A DNA stretch of 64,000 bases from an uncultured Desulfobacterales bacterium. Lineage in GTDB: Bacteria > Desulfobacterota > Desulfobacteria > Desulfobacterales > C00003060. The stretch covers positions 3,622 to 67,621 of the forward strand of contig CAYTTQ010000004.1 in NCBI GenBank assembly GCA_964440795.1. The letters are read 5' to 3'. Position numbers and translations under genes: made by a program. Positions 1-10,814 of the stretch are shown here, in pieces. Positions within the stretch are counted from its first letter, which is position 1; every line of letters begins with the position of its first letter. The notes below the pieces were generated by a model, which searched no databases, was not told where the DNA came from, and saw nothing but the letters and a program-made list of their open reading frames with translations.

Positions 1-84
1 GGCTGTCGAGTTCGGAAGACCTGGGCGGGTTGATGTCCGCCGATGATTACGAAGAATATGTTCTGGACGGCAAGTTATAACGCC

Positions 85-108
85 GGTTATTTTTGCGCGA
101 GCCCTTAG
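85..108 (-). repeat. solo copy of dispersed repeat (CTAAGGGCTCGCGCAAAAATAAC core), overlapping the nadA stop codon
   Basis: The reverse complement of 85-108 matches 21018-21040 at 23/23 positions. See the copies at 21018, 21175 and 45827. Confidence 0.7.
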
Positions 109-1016
109 CCGTTGGTTATTTCCAGCATGCGGTTGACCGCCACGGCGGCCTGCGTACGGATGTTTTCGGGTACCCTTATTTCGTGTTTTTCTCCTTCCAG
201 TGCCTCAAGGATATCATCGGGCGATATCTTTTTCATGTCTCGGCAGATCATGTTTTCTGAGACCCGATAAAACTGCTTGTGGGGGTTTGTTTCCTGCAGG
301 GGGTGGATCAGGCCTTCTTCCGTTCCCACGATAAATTCACGTCGGTTGAAATCTTTGGCAAAACGTAACATTCCCGAGGTGCTCAACACCGCGTCGGCCA
401 AGGCGAGAACCTCGGGACGACATTCGGGATGAGCCATGAACAGGGCTTCCGGATGGGCCGCCTTGGCAAGGTGGACGTGGTTTGGTGTCAATCCATCATG
501 AATGGGACAATATCCGTCCCAGTAGTGGATCTTTTTTGTGGTTTTAGTGGCGGCGTATTGTGCCAGGTTCCGGTCGGGTACCATAAGAATCTCTTCTTCC
601 GTCAGATGGTTCACCACGGCGGCCACATTGGCGGAGGTACAACAAATGGTGGATGCGGCTTTAACCGACGCGGAAGAATTCACGTACGTGACCACCGGCA
701 TGGATCCCGCTTGGGCAAGCCGTCGTTGTAACGATTCACTGGTTACCATATCCGCCATGGGACATCCGGCGTCGATTCTCGGTAGCAGGACCGTTTTGTC
801 GGGAGAAACGATAGACGCCGTTTCCGCCATGAACAAAACACCGCAAAAAACGATCAATTCGGCGTCGGTTTGCGCCGCCTTGAGGCTGAGTTCGAGAGAA
901 TCGCCGGTCAGGTCGGCAAGCGCCTGAATTTCAGCGGGTTGATAATTATGCGCCAGCAGGATGCCCCGCTTTTCCTTCAAGCGTGCTTTGATTGCCTTGA
1001 TCTGGGTCTCTTTCAT
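105..1016 (-). CDS. nadA: quinolinate synthase NadA
   Basis: 303-aa ORF. N-terminus (KEKRGILLAHNYQ...DSLELS) and length are typical of NadA. Family recognition only. Confidence 0.88.
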   Translation of the reverse strand: MKETQIKAIKARLKEKRGILLAHNYQPAEIQALADLTGDSLELSLKAAQTDAELIVFCGVLFMAETASIVSPDKTVLLPRIDAGCPMADMVTSESLQRRLAQAGSMPVVTYVNSSASVKAASTICCTSANVAAVVNHLTEEEILMVPDRNLAQYAATKTTKKIHYWDGYCPIHDGLTPNHVHLAKAAHPEALFMAHPECRPEVLALADAVLSTSGMLRFAKDFNRREFIVGTEEGLIHPLQETNPHKQFYRVSENMICRDMKKISPDDILEALEGEKHEIRVPENIRTQAAVAVNRMLEITNG

Positions 1017-1132
1017 GACAATCCTCGAATAATCGTTTGAAGGATATGACAGGACACGATCTTCCCTCAGTGCTTTGGTAACGTATTGTTACGTTCTCTA
1101 ATGCGCCTATTTTGACCTATCTTCGGGCTCGC

Positions 1133-1834
1133 TCATCGGGGTGCGAGTTGAAGTATTTGTGCGCCTTCCGGTGCCACGAAGTTGAATAAAGAAGTGTCGA
1201 TACCTTGGTTAAATTTGATATTGGAAAAGCGAATTCGGGTTTTATCGCCGAAGGCATTGTAGATAATCGATTCAACGATACAAAACGTGTCCGTTGAGAT
1301 CAGCAAGAACGCCCTGTCGAGGTTGGGTTCAGGCTTTTTGGGGGTCAGTTTGAGTGAATAGACATTGTCTCGCCCGAATGTCTCATCGGCCTTTTCCACC
1401 CGGAAACTCTCCATCAATCGGGCCGGTTCGGAAAAAAAGGTCCCCATCTCGGCGTGTCCCAAATACGCTTCCGGCTTACCGATCATCACTTGATTGTCTT
1501 GAGGCCAATAGATCCATATTTTTTCCTCATTCATGATGAGGAAGTATTCTTCCGGCGTTTGGTAGTGCCACCGCATTTGGCTGGGCGGGCGAAACCAAAC
1601 GTGCCCCTGGGCGGTATCCACAATCTCCATTGCTTCCAGATACGATTCCTGATGGAAGTCGGCTTCGAAATCGGTTACACTATACCGGTCTTGAATTCCT
1701 TCAAGCACTTCCGTAGCCGTGATATCCGTCGCTGCCCAGGCGATCCCGGATATGGGGTCGGATATCGGGTCGCCCGGTGACAGCAAACTCAGGAACAAAA
1801 CCGCCATATAAAAAGACGTCCTATTGATCTTCAT
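1133..1834 (-). CDS. LolA-like outer-membrane lipoprotein carrier protein
   Basis: 233-aa ORF with an N-terminal signal-like segment. It overlaps the ftsK stop by 4 nt, the classic ftsK-lolA synteny. The sequence pattern is LolA-like. Confidence 0.7.
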   Translation of the reverse strand: MKINRTSFYMAVLFLSLLSPGDPISDPISGIAWAATDITATEVLEGIQDRYSVTDFEADFHQESYLEAMEIVDTAQGHVWFRPPSQMRWHYQTPEEYFLIMNEEKIWIYWPQDNQVMIGKPEAYLGHAEMGTFFSEPARLMESFRVEKADETFGRDNVYSLKLTPKKPEPNLDRAFLLISTDTFCIVESIIYNAFGDKTRIRFSNIKFNQGIDTSLFNFVAPEGAQILQLAPR

Positions 1835-4038
1835 TGACCGTAGCCCTTTACCAGAACTTCTCGGGGTTTACTTCCCTCGCCGGCACTTACCACGCCCTCC
1901 CGTTCCATCGTTTCCATGATACGGGCGGCCCGATTGTATCCGATCCGCAACCGACGCTGGATCATGGAAATAGATGCTTGTCTCGTTTCGGCCACCAGAG
2001 CGACCGCCTCATCGTATTTTTCGTCGTACGAATCGTCGTCGGCCGGAGACGCCGCTTCGGGGGGTGTCTTCAGGATCTCTTCCCGGTAAACCGGGCGCCG
2101 CTGTTTTTTCAGGAACCCGATGACTCGATGGATCTCCGCTTCTGAAACATAGGCGCCATGAATCCGTTGGAGTTTCGCCGTGCCGGGCGGCAGCAGCAGC
2201 ATATCTCCACTGCCCAAGAGATCTTCGGCGCCGTTTGCATCGATTATGGTTCTGGAATCGGTACGCGAGGATACCTGAAAGGAAACCCGAGTAGGAAAAT
2301 TTGCCTTGATGGTTCCCGTCAGGACGTCGACGGACGGCCTTTGGGTGGCGATGATCAGATGGATTCCCGCGGCTCGAGCCATTTGAGCCAAGCGGGTGAG
2401 CGCCAACTCAACATCCCGGGAGGCCGCCAACATCAGGTCGGCCAACTCGTCAATGACAATCAAGACAATGGGCAATGTTTCGTTTGCTTTTTCCTCCTCG
2501 GGTTCGGTTCCCTCTGCGTTCGGGGGCTTTTTCCGCCCATCGGAGGCACCCGTTTCTTTCGTGATCTTTTGGTTGTATTCGAAGATGTTCCTGACCTTTT
2601 TTTCCGCCATGAGGCTGTACCGATTTTCCATCTCCTGAACCGCCCACATGAGGCCCTTCGTGGCTTTTTTTACGTCCGTGACCACGGGCACGATCAGATG
2701 GGGGATGCCGTCGTAAGCGGAGAGTTCGATCCGTTTGGGATCTATGAGCAACAACTTGACTTCCTGGGGGCTGGCCTTGTACAAAATGCTGCAAATCATG
2801 CTGTTCAATCCCACGCTTTTCCCGGATCCCGTAGCACCGGCGATCAACAGGTGCGGCATTTTGTGGAGATTGGCCACAAAAGGTTCCCCCATGATGTCTT
2901 TGCCCAAAGCCAAGGTCAGCTTTGACTTGGACTGCTGGAAGGCATTCGAGGCGATGACGTCCCTGAGCTTTACCGTCGCCCGCCGGTCGTTGGGCACTTC
3001 AATGCCGATTACCGATTTTCCGGGTATGGGGGCCACGATACGAATACTGGCCGCCCTCAGGGCGAGGGAGAGGTCGTCGGCTAAGTTTACGATCCGATTG
3101 ATCTTGACGCCTGGAGCGGGCTCATATTCATACATGGTAACAACCGGCCCCGGCGTTACGGCCACGACCTGACCGGACACGTCAAAATCGTTAAGTTTTT
3201 TCTCGAGCAGCCTGGACTGCATTTGAAGACTTTCCCGATCCATCCGCGTGTCGTCGTCTTCTGCCGGGTCTAACAGGCTTATGGAGGGAAGTTTGAATCC
3301 ATTATCCTCATTCATGAACTCAAAGACCTCTTGTCGGGGAGGTGGCGATTCCTTGAGGCGTTTGGGGGGCGGTTCCACAATTTTCGGTGCTGAGCGACGG
3401 GCTTTAGCGGTCCCTTTATCCCGTCGCCGGCTTTTCAATTTGTTTGCCCGGTTGCGGCGTTCTTTGTAGATTGCCCAGGATGACTTGATGTGGCTTCCCA
3501 TCTTAACGCAGCAGCCGGCCCATGCCTTGCCGAAGGCCACCAGGGATACGCGCGTGGTCATAATGAAAGCGATGATCCACGCGGTTACCAAAAAGACAAA
3601 ACTGCCGGTCGTGCTGATATAGGACTCCACGATTCTCGCCAGAGGAATTCCCACGATGCCGCCACTGGAAAACCGTTTTCCCATAACCGTGTGATGGGTT
3701 TGATACAGGCTCAGAAATGCACCGGTCGTTATCATCAACAAGACACCACCGGCAAGGGAAATAAGAAGGGTATTTTTGGGCAACCCCTTAAAGATGTAGA
3801 CGGTCACGATACACAGTACGACGGGCATCCAAAAGGCACCGAGGCCGAATAGAAAAACTAAAAATCCTGCGGTGTGGGCACCGGCGGGGCCAAAGAGATT
3901 GTGCAGTTCACCGGAGACTTGAATCCGATTTATGGAGGGATCGGAAGGGTGATAGGACAACAAGCTGACCGTTACAAAAATCAGAACAAACGTGAAGATG
4001 ACGCCCAGAATTTCCTTTCGCATCTTGTTCGTTGTCAT
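1831..4038 (-). CDS. ftsK: DNA translocase FtsK
   Basis: 735 aa. N-terminal TM helices, Pro/Lys-rich linker, Walker A GATGSGKSVGLN, and C-terminal gamma winged-helix region (ISMIQRRLRIGYNRAARIME). Confidence 0.95.
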   Translation of the reverse strand: MTTNKMRKEILGVIFTFVLIFVTVSLLSYHPSDPSINRIQVSGELHNLFGPAGAHTAGFLVFLFGLGAFWMPVVLCIVTVYIFKGLPKNTLLISLAGGVLLMITTGAFLSLYQTHHTVMGKRFSSGGIVGIPLARIVESYISTTGSFVFLVTAWIIAFIMTTRVSLVAFGKAWAGCCVKMGSHIKSSWAIYKERRNRANKLKSRRRDKGTAKARRSAPKIVEPPPKRLKESPPPRQEVFEFMNEDNGFKLPSISLLDPAEDDDTRMDRESLQMQSRLLEKKLNDFDVSGQVVAVTPGPVVTMYEYEPAPGVKINRIVNLADDLSLALRAASIRIVAPIPGKSVIGIEVPNDRRATVKLRDVIASNAFQQSKSKLTLALGKDIMGEPFVANLHKMPHLLIAGATGSGKSVGLNSMICSILYKASPQEVKLLLIDPKRIELSAYDGIPHLIVPVVTDVKKATKGLMWAVQEMENRYSLMAEKKVRNIFEYNQKITKETGASDGRKKPPNAEGTEPEEEKANETLPIVLIVIDELADLMLAASRDVELALTRLAQMARAAGIHLIIATQRPSVDVLTGTIKANFPTRVSFQVSSRTDSRTIIDANGAEDLLGSGDMLLLPPGTAKLQRIHGAYVSEAEIHRVIGFLKKQRRPVYREEILKTPPEAASPADDDSYDEKYDEAVALVAETRQASISMIQRRLRIGYNRAARIMETMEREGVVSAGEGSKPREVLVKGYGQ

Positions 4039-5693
4039 ACCTCCAAGATAATGGGAAAAACGACAGGCCTTCTCTGGATGACAGAATAGAGATACTTTTG
4101 CAAGGCCTTTTTAATCTTGCTGCGGAGTACGTCCGGGCGGCTGGGCCCCTCTGTCCGGTCATCCCGGACGGTTTCAGCGATTATCTCTTTGGCGGCCTCC
4201 AGCGTATCGCTTTTATCGCTGTCCGTCACAAACCCATGGGATTCCAAAGTGGGTTCCTTCATCATGTGTCCCGTCCGTCCGTCGATGACGATGGTGACGA
4301 TGATCAGTCCTTCTTGCGAGAGGTACCGCCGCTCTTTCAATATACTTCTTTCCACATCTCCCACACCCTTGCCGTCAATAAGTACCCGCCCGGACGGTAC
4401 AGAGCCGTCAATACGTCCTCCGGTATCGTCGAAACATATGACTTGTCCGTCCTGGGCCAGAAGAATATCGTCCGGAGAGATGCCCACTTCTTGAGCCAAA
4501 TGCGTATGCCGGATGAGATGACGATACTCGCCATGGATCGGGATGAAGTATTTTGGCTTGGTGAGGTTAATCATCAGCTTTAGCTCTTCCTGAAAAGCGT
4601 GTCCGGAGACATGGATATCGGAGACCTTCTCGTAAATAACCGTCGCCCCTCCCTTATAGAGGCGATTGATGATATGCGTGATGGCTCGCTCATTACCGGG
4701 AATGAATTTGGACGACAATATCACCGTATCGCCGTCCTTGATTCGGATCTGTTTGTGCATGTCCATGGCGATGCGATGGAGAACCGACATGGGTTCGCCC
4801 TGACTTCCGGTGGTGACAATGACGATTTCCCGGTCCGGCGTATCTTTAATCCTTCCGGTGGTTATTTCCATATGTTCGGGGATGTCAAGGCGCCCCAGGC
4901 TTTTGGCGATGGTTACGCCGGCAACCATGCTGCGTCCGCAAAAGACGATTTTGCGACCCTCGGCCCGGGCGGCTTTGACGATCTGCTGGATACGTGCGAT
5001 GTTGGATGAAAACAAGGCGACAATGATTCGTCCCCGGCAGTCTTCAAAGATGCCGTGGAGCTTGGCACCGATTTCCGTTTCCGACAGGGTGTATCCTTCC
5101 CGTTCCACATTCGTCGAGTCTGACAACAAGGTGAGGACGCCCCGTTCCCCGTGTTCGGCAAACCGATTTATGTCCGTGAGTTCCCCCTGGACGGGTACCT
5201 GATTAATCTTAAAATCTCCCGAATGAATGATGAGGCCTACCGGGGTTCGAATGGCCAGGCCGACCCCGTCGACGACGCTGTGGCTGACTCGGATGAACTC
5301 GACCTGAAACGGGCCGATTGCGTGTTCCTCTCGGGGCTTGATTTCGATTAAAGGGGGGAGGGTGTCGATGTTGTGAGAGCGCAATTTGTGGCAAACCAAC
5401 GCCAGAGTAAACGGGGTGCCGTACATCGGCGCTTTGATGTCGCCGAGCAGATAAGGTAACGCCCCGATATGGTCTTCGTGGCCGTGGGTCAATACGATTC
5501 CCTGAATCATGGACCGCCGGTCTTTCAGATAGGTAATGTCCGGCACAACGATGTCGATGCCCAACATGTAGTCTTCCGGGAACATGAGACCGGCATCGAT
5601 GATCATGATGTTGTCTTCATACTCAAACACCATCATGTTGAGTCCGATTTCACCCAATCCGCCGAGAGGGATGATCTTTAGTGGTGTGTCCAA
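4035..5693 (-). CDS. rnj: ribonuclease J (metallo-beta-lactamase/beta-CASP)
   Basis: 552 aa. Starts PLGGLGEIGLNM, carries the THGHEDHIGALP HxHxDH motif, and has RNase J length. Confidence 0.9.
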   Translation of the reverse strand: MDTPLKIIPLGGLGEIGLNMMVFEYEDNIMIIDAGLMFPEDYMLGIDIVVPDITYLKDRRSMIQGIVLTHGHEDHIGALPYLLGDIKAPMYGTPFTLALVCHKLRSHNIDTLPPLIEIKPREEHAIGPFQVEFIRVSHSVVDGVGLAIRTPVGLIIHSGDFKINQVPVQGELTDINRFAEHGERGVLTLLSDSTNVEREGYTLSETEIGAKLHGIFEDCRGRIIVALFSSNIARIQQIVKAARAEGRKIVFCGRSMVAGVTIAKSLGRLDIPEHMEITTGRIKDTPDREIVIVTTGSQGEPMSVLHRIAMDMHKQIRIKDGDTVILSSKFIPGNERAITHIINRLYKGGATVIYEKVSDIHVSGHAFQEELKLMINLTKPKYFIPIHGEYRHLIRHTHLAQEVGISPDDILLAQDGQVICFDDTGGRIDGSVPSGRVLIDGKGVGDVERSILKERRYLSQEGLIIVTIVIDGRTGHMMKEPTLESHGFVTDSDKSDTLEAAKEIIAETVRDDRTEGPSRPDVLRSKIKKALQKYLYSVIQRRPVVFPIILEV

Positions 5694-6400
5694 CGGTTTT
5701 TAATCCTTGCTAGGTCTGTTTGCATGATGTCCCGTATTTCTCTCATCAACCGGTCCTTTCCCTTCTTACCGAAAAGGGCGGTGGGTACGGGGGGGGCGAT
5801 GCGGACGATAACGCATCCCGGTTTAAAATGAATGCTGCCTTTGGGCAAGACTTGGTGAGTGCCATAGATCGCAATAGGCACAATCGGTTGCCCGGCCCGG
5901 AGGGCCAGGTGAAAACCGCCCGGCTTGAATGGTTTCAGTCGATCGTCCGAGCTCCGGCTCCCCTCGGGAAAAATGATGACCGAAACCCCTGAAGCAACCT
6001 TGTGGGCAGCGGCCAGTAAGCTTTTATGGGCCGACTTTCGATTGGAACGGTCGATACGGATGTGTCCCGCCCGGGCCAACGCCGGTCCGAAGAGCGGAAT
6101 ATGAAACAGCTCTTTTTTGGCCAGCCATCGAAACTCTACGGGGAGACAGGCAAAAAGGACCAGGATGTCAACCATGCTCTGGTGGTTTGCCATGAAAACC
6201 AGGCCTTGACCCGTTTGAATATGGTGTGTCCCTTCGGTGCGAACGGCGACGCCGGAGACAAAGAGAATACCCCTCGCCCAGAGCTTACCCGCAGTGTGAA
6301 TCCAACGACCGCCGCGTTCAAACACAGATAGGAAAAGGGCCAGAAAAGAGGTCAGAACCGTGGTGACCACTACCCATATGATGACGATAACTCTGCGCAT
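5678..6400 (-). CDS. plsC: 1-acyl-sn-glycerol-3-phosphate acyltransferase
   Basis: 240 aa. N-terminal TM segment, NHQSMVD (HX4D) and FPEGSRS acyltransferase motifs. Confidence 0.85.
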   Translation of the reverse strand: MRRVIVIIWVVVTTVLTSFLALFLSVFERGGRWIHTAGKLWARGILFVSGVAVRTEGTHHIQTGQGLVFMANHQSMVDILVLFACLPVEFRWLAKKELFHIPLFGPALARAGHIRIDRSNRKSAHKSLLAAAHKVASGVSVIIFPEGSRSSDDRLKPFKPGGFHLALRAGQPIVPIAIYGTHQVLPKGSIHFKPGCVIVRIAPPVPTALFGKKGKDRLMREIRDIMQTDLARIKNRWTHH

Positions 6401-6436
6401 TAAAGGCCATAGTATCCGGGTAAGAAACGGGTGTTT

Positions 6437-6769
6437 CTAGCTGAGGATCTTAAGTTGTTCGAATAACTTGTCGGCAAAATAGATGATATTGTCCCTTTGG
6501 GCCGGATTGGCGTAATCGATACAATCGCAACGAACCCGGTTGGTTGTCCGAATCAACAATTCGAAGGAAATCGACGTGGGCTGCAACTCAACCGCGAAAT
6601 AAAAGGGCTGACACTTGATATGAGCCGCCTGGACCTTGTTTAAGAGATTTTGTTGCAAGGGGACCCAATAGAGGCCTTCCACTCGACTCGGCCCGTACGC
6701 TTCGTCCAGATAATCCCGAAGCTTTTGATAATCGTCGGCTCTGAGTTCGTCGATCCGGTATTGTTTCAT
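6437..6769 (-). CDS. hypothetical protein (110 aa)
   Basis: Clean ORF in an otherwise empty gap between plsC and dnaK. I recognise no motif. Confidence 0.4.
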   Translation of the reverse strand: MKQYRIDELRADDYQKLRDYLDEAYGPSRVEGLYWVPLQQNLLNKVQAAHIKCQPFYFAVELQPTSISFELLIRTTNRVRCDCIDYANPAQRDNIIYFADKLFEQLKILS

Positions 6770-6893
6770 TGTCTATGTCGTACCACAGGGCCATCCGAGA
6801 ATAAAGGAAAAACTGTTGGAGGTGGCTGTGATACATATGGAAAGTTCAGGGTTTAAGGGCATTTTTCATCGGGGCGGAGGGGGAAACGAAAAA

Positions 6894-6920
6894 GCCTGCA
6901 GCACATGGTGTGCTGCAGGC
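6894..6920 (-). terminator. intrinsic terminator downstream of dnaK
   Basis: GCCTGCAGCAC/GTGCTGCAGGC perfect 11-bp stem. On the minus strand it is followed by CTTTTTCGTTT. It lies 23 nt after the dnaK stop. Confidence 0.6.
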
Positions 6921-6942
6921 TTTTGTCATGCGTGAGTCATTG

Positions 6943-8877
6943 CTATTTGTTGTCTCGGACTTCCTCGAAGTCCGCATCGACCACATCCTCGTCCTGAGCG
7001 GTTTGGGAAGCGTCGCCACCGGCTGCGCCTTCGGCTCCGCCGGCAGCCTGGCCTCCTGCCTGGCCGGCTTCCGAGGCTTGCGAATACATGGTCTCGGCCA
7101 GTTTGTGAGATGTTTGCATCAGTTCTTCGCTGGCTGTTTTGATAGCCTCGGTGTCAGACCCTTCCATCGCTTTCTTTAGTTTATCGATGGCACCTTCAAT
7201 GTTGGTCTTGACAGTGGGATCCACCTTGTCGCCCAGCTCTTTCATAGACTTTTCGGTCTGGTAAATCAGGCTGTCCGCGTGGTTCCTGGCTTCCACCAGC
7301 TCTTTTTGTTTCTTGTCCTCTTCTGCGTGTACTTCCGCTTCTTTTACCAGTTTTTCGATTTCTTCCTCCGACAGTCCGCTGGAAGCGGTAATTTGTATGG
7401 ACTGTTCTTTACCGGTCCCCAAATCCTTTGCCGACACGTGCACAATACCGTTGGCATCGATGTCGAAGGTTACCTCGATTTGAGGTACCCCTCGTGGTGC
7501 GGGCGGAATACCGACCAGTTCGAAACGGCCTAATGTCTTGTTATATTCCGCCATTTCACGTTCCCCTTGAAGGACATGAATGGAGACCGCCGACTGGTTG
7601 TCCGCCGCGGTGGAAAATATCTGACTCTTCTTTGTCGGAATGGTGGTATTCTTTTCAATCAACTTTGTGCAAACGCCGCCCAGGGTTTCAATGCCCAAGG
7701 ACAACGGTGTTACGTCCAGTAGAAGAACATCCTGGACATCGCCCTGTAAGACACCGGCTTGGATCGCGGCACCGACAGCGACCACCTCGTCGGGATTTAC
7801 GCCCTTATGAGGTTCTTTGCCGAATATATCCTTTACCTTTTGCTGAACTGCGGGCATACGTGTCATACCGCCGACTAAAATCACTTCGGCGATTTCCGAG
7901 GATTTAATGCCTGCATCCTTGAGAGCGGTTTCACACGGCGGCACCAACTGACCCAACAACTCTTCGCACAGCGATTCGAGTTTTGATCGGGTCAACGGGA
8001 TGTTCAAATGTTTGGGACCGCCCGCATCGGCCGTAATAAAGGGCAGGTTCACATCCGTCTGCATGGAGGTGGAAAGCTCCATTTTGGCCTTTTCCGCTGC
8101 TTCTTTCAGCCGCTGAAGGGCCATCTTGTCTTGACGGATATCGATGCCCTGATCCTTCTTGAACTCGTCGGCCAAATAGTCGATTACTTTTTGATCAAAG
8201 TCTTCCCCCCCTAAGTGGGTGTCGCCATGGGTTGACTTGACCTCAAAGACCCCTTCCCCGATTTCCAGAATGGAGATATCGAAGGTCCCGCCACCCAAAT
8301 CGAATACGGCGATCTTTTCGTCCTTTTTCTTGTCCAGGCCGTAAGCCAGGGACGCAGCCGTGGGTTCGTTGATGATTCTTTGCACGTTAAGACCGGCGAT
8401 CTTCCCGGCATCCTTCGTGGCTTGCCGTTGGCTGTCGTTAAAATAAGCCGGAACGGTAATAACCGCCTCCGTGACCGATTCTCCCAAATATTCTTCCGCC
8501 GTTTTCTTCATGGCCTGAAGGATATGGGAAGAGATCTCCGCCGGGCTGTGGGCTTTCCCCTGAATTTCGATGTGGACGTCTCCGTTGGAGGCTTGCACGA
8601 TTTTGTAGGGACAGATCTCTTTGTCCCGCTGTGCTTCTTTGGATGCATACTTTCGGCCGATGAGTCGCTTGACCGCAAACACCGTATTTTCCGGGTTGGT
8701 GATGGCTTGCCGTTTGGCCGCCTGCCCAACCAGACGCTCTCCGCTGTTGTTCCAGGCCACCATGGACGGGGTAGTTCGCCCACCTTCCGGATTTGTAATG
8801 ACCTTCGGCTCCTTTCCCTCCATAATCGCCACACACGAATTAGTCGTTCCTAGATCGATTCCTATTACCTTACTCAT
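6943..8877 (-). CDS. dnaK: chaperone DnaK (Hsp70)
   Basis: 644 aa. Starts [12 protein letters not shown], has DLGGGTFD and a C-terminal EEVRDNK-type tail. Confidence 0.98.
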   Translation of the reverse strand: MSKVIGIDLGTTNSCVAIMEGKEPKVITNPEGGRTTPSMVAWNNSGERLVGQAAKRQAITNPENTVFAVKRLIGRKYASKEAQRDKEICPYKIVQASNGDVHIEIQGKAHSPAEISSHILQAMKKTAEEYLGESVTEAVITVPAYFNDSQRQATKDAGKIAGLNVQRIINEPTAASLAYGLDKKKDEKIAVFDLGGGTFDISILEIGEGVFEVKSTHGDTHLGGEDFDQKVIDYLADEFKKDQGIDIRQDKMALQRLKEAAEKAKMELSTSMQTDVNLPFITADAGGPKHLNIPLTRSKLESLCEELLGQLVPPCETALKDAGIKSSEIAEVILVGGMTRMPAVQQKVKDIFGKEPHKGVNPDEVVAVGAAIQAGVLQGDVQDVLLLDVTPLSLGIETLGGVCTKLIEKNTTIPTKKSQIFSTAADNQSAVSIHVLQGEREMAEYNKTLGRFELVGIPPAPRGVPQIEVTFDIDANGIVHVSAKDLGTGKEQSIQITASSGLSEEEIEKLVKEAEVHAEEDKKQKELVEARNHADSLIYQTEKSMKELGDKVDPTVKTNIEGAIDKLKKAMEGSDTEAIKTASEELMQTSHKLAETMYSQASEAGQAGGQAAGGAEGAAGGDASQTAQDEDVVDADFEEVRDNK

Positions 8878-8928
8878 CGTTTCCCTCCTTAAAATTCTAT
8901 ATTAAACGGTAAAACCGGCTATAACAAT

Positions 8929-9552
8929 TTATGAGCTGCGCGACCGCTCCGCTTGGGCATTCTCCGGCTTTTTCGAAACAATCACCATGGCGGGCCTCAA
9001 TAGTCGGCTATGAAGCATATAGCCCTTTTGAAGCTCTTTGGAGACGGTGTCATCCGGATACTGTTCGGTTTCTTCCTGTGAGACCGCTTGATGAACGTTT
9101 GGATCAAAAGGTTTCCCTTCACTTTCCACAGGGGTGACCCCGAATCGCTTCAGTGTGTCGGTAAGGCCTTCCAGCGTCATTCGCACCCCCTCTTTAAGGC
9201 TTTCAGCCGCTGACTCCGTACCGGTTTGCTCAACAGACAAGGCCCGTTCCAGGTTGTCGACAATCGGCAAAATGTCCTTGATCAGGCTTTCATTGGCAAA
9301 ACGCCTGAAGTCGTCCATTTCCCGTCGACTTCGTTTCTTGTAGTTTTCAAATTCTGCCGTGACCCTCAAAAGTCGATCGTAATTCTCGCGGGCCTTGGCC
9401 TTGGCGGTTTCCAGTTCGTCTTCCAGATATTCTCCTTCCTCGGCGCTCTGGACTGGTTCTCTTTCCTCGCTCTCAGGCCTCGGTCGATCATCCCGTGACA
9501 TATCCGGTGTTTCTAGCGTTGTATCGGTCTCAGTTTTCTTGTTACGAGTCAA
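8929..9552 (-). CDS. grpE: nucleotide exchange factor GrpE
   Basis: 207 aa. Acidic N-terminus, then the RLLRVTAEFENYKKR GrpE signature. It sits directly upstream of dnaK. Confidence 0.95.
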   Translation of the reverse strand: MTRNKKTETDTTLETPDMSRDDRPRPESEEREPVQSAEEGEYLEDELETAKAKARENYDRLLRVTAEFENYKKRSRREMDDFRRFANESLIKDILPIVDNLERALSVEQTGTESAAESLKEGVRMTLEGLTDTLKRFGVTPVESEGKPFDPNVHQAVSQEETEQYPDDTVSKELQKGYMLHSRLLRPAMVIVSKKPENAQAERSRSS

Positions 9553-9701
9553 TGCGATTTCTTATCCTTTCCTGATTTGCGGAATATTGCAAGATATGCA
9601 AGGAACATAAGAACCGACTATGGGTTTGTCAAGGGCGTGCCGGTGAAGAATACCTATTTGCGGTGATCCGAAAATCTATTCATTCCGGTATGTGTGACGG
9701 G

Positions 9702-10655
9702 TTACTCATTCCGGAGGGCGTTAGAGCACGACTCGGCGCCGTACCGACGCCCTTGGAAGGTCCGCCGGTCTTCCAGGCCCCGGTTGATCATCGATAAAGT
9801 CCGTCGTTTTTGGGTGGCCCAGAAAGGCGCGATAAGGGCATGGGGGTCCGGATCGCCGGTGAGACGCTGGATGATCGTTTCGGGATGAAGGTGTTCCAAA
9901 AAGCGAATGACCCAGTCCACGTACGTGTCCTGGCTCAGCGGTAAATACCGCCCGCTTTTAAACAATGGGGCCAGCGGTGCATCGGCTTCGATGTACAAAT
10001 TATGGATTTTAACGGCATCCATCCGGAGGTGAGCCAGTAACCGGGCGGTTCGGACAATGTCTTGAAGCGATTCTCCCGGAAGTCCCAGTATCACATGGGC
10101 ACACATGCGGATGTTTTTTCCCTGAGTGAGGCCGACGGCGTGAACGAAGTCCTGCACGGTGTGCCCGCGGTTTATTCGCCGTAAGGTACCATCACGGGCG
10201 GACTGGAGTCCGTATTCGATCCACACCATGTGGGTTGAGGTGTAGGATTCGATGAGTGCCAATTTCGTCGGATTTACACAATCGGGGCGTGTTCCAATGG
10301 CCAAGCTCACGATATCCGGGTCTTGAAGGGCTTCGTCATAGCGACGCTTTAAGACTTCAACCGGGGCATGTGTGTTGGTAAAGGCCTGAAAATAAGCAAT
10401 AAATTTTTTTGCCTTGTATCGAGCAGCCATCCGGGCCTTACCCTCCCGGATTTGTGCTTCGATGGATCGCCCCCGGTTCGCCGCACCTGAACCGGCCCCC
10501 TTGCCATTGCAGTAAAGACACCCCGTTTTCGAAAGCGTGCCGTCACGATTGGGACAGGAGAAGCCGCCATCTACGGTAATCTTTTGGACACGACACCCGA
10601 ATTCATTTCTTAGATACGTGCTAAAGTCGTTGTACCGTTTCTTAGTGGAGTTCAT
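9702..10655 (-). CDS. radical SAM protein, TIGR01212/YhcC-like
   Basis: The tracked ORF runs to 10772, but the family-typical N-terminus starts at Met40 (MNSTKKRYNDFSTYLRNEFG..KITVDGGFSCPNRDG). I checked the ATG at 10653-10655 in the sequence. Confidence 0.78.
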   Translation of the reverse strand: MNSTKKRYNDFSTYLRNEFGCRVQKITVDGGFSCPNRDGTLSKTGCLYCNGKGAGSGAANRGRSIEAQIREGKARMAARYKAKKFIAYFQAFTNTHAPVEVLKRRYDEALQDPDIVSLAIGTRPDCVNPTKLALIESYTSTHMVWIEYGLQSARDGTLRRINRGHTVQDFVHAVGLTQGKNIRMCAHVILGLPGESLQDIVRTARLLAHLRMDAVKIHNLYIEADAPLAPLFKSGRYLPLSQDTYVDWVIRFLEHLHPETIIQRLTGDPDPHALIAPFWATQKRRTLSMINRGLEDRRTFQGRRYGAESCSNALRNE

Positions 10656-10814
10656 CGAAAAGCGGTGGATTTGGGTGAAGTGGGGTATTTGATCGGCGCT
10701 TGCCATCAGACGACTTTGGTCTGTCCGAACGGTGTCGGCAAAGCACTGATAGTCAAAGGCTTGGTTGCGCACCCTTTCTTGAGTCCCTTACTCGGCACCT
10801 CGAATCGTCATATT

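Noticed and set aside
3-80. Open frame ending at TAA 78-80 (..SEDLGGLMSADDYEEYVLDGKL*), possibly the 3' end of a gene truncated by the window start
   Set aside because: Only 26 codons are visible and no motif is present, which is too little to support a call.
1066-1100. GTAAC-N5-GTTAC inverted repeat upstream of nadA as a NAD-regulator operator
   Set aside because: The arms are only 5 bp and I cannot match them to a known NadR/NiaR/NrtR motif, so this is too weak to report.
9553-9734. CIRCE/HrcA operator or sigma32 promoter upstream of grpE
   Set aside because: I found only a half-resemblance (TTAGAGCACGACTC at 9721-34) and no inverted partner, and it lies inside the 3' end of the neighbouring gene. 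A CCCTTGAC element exists, but no properly spaced CCCCAT-type -10 follows it.
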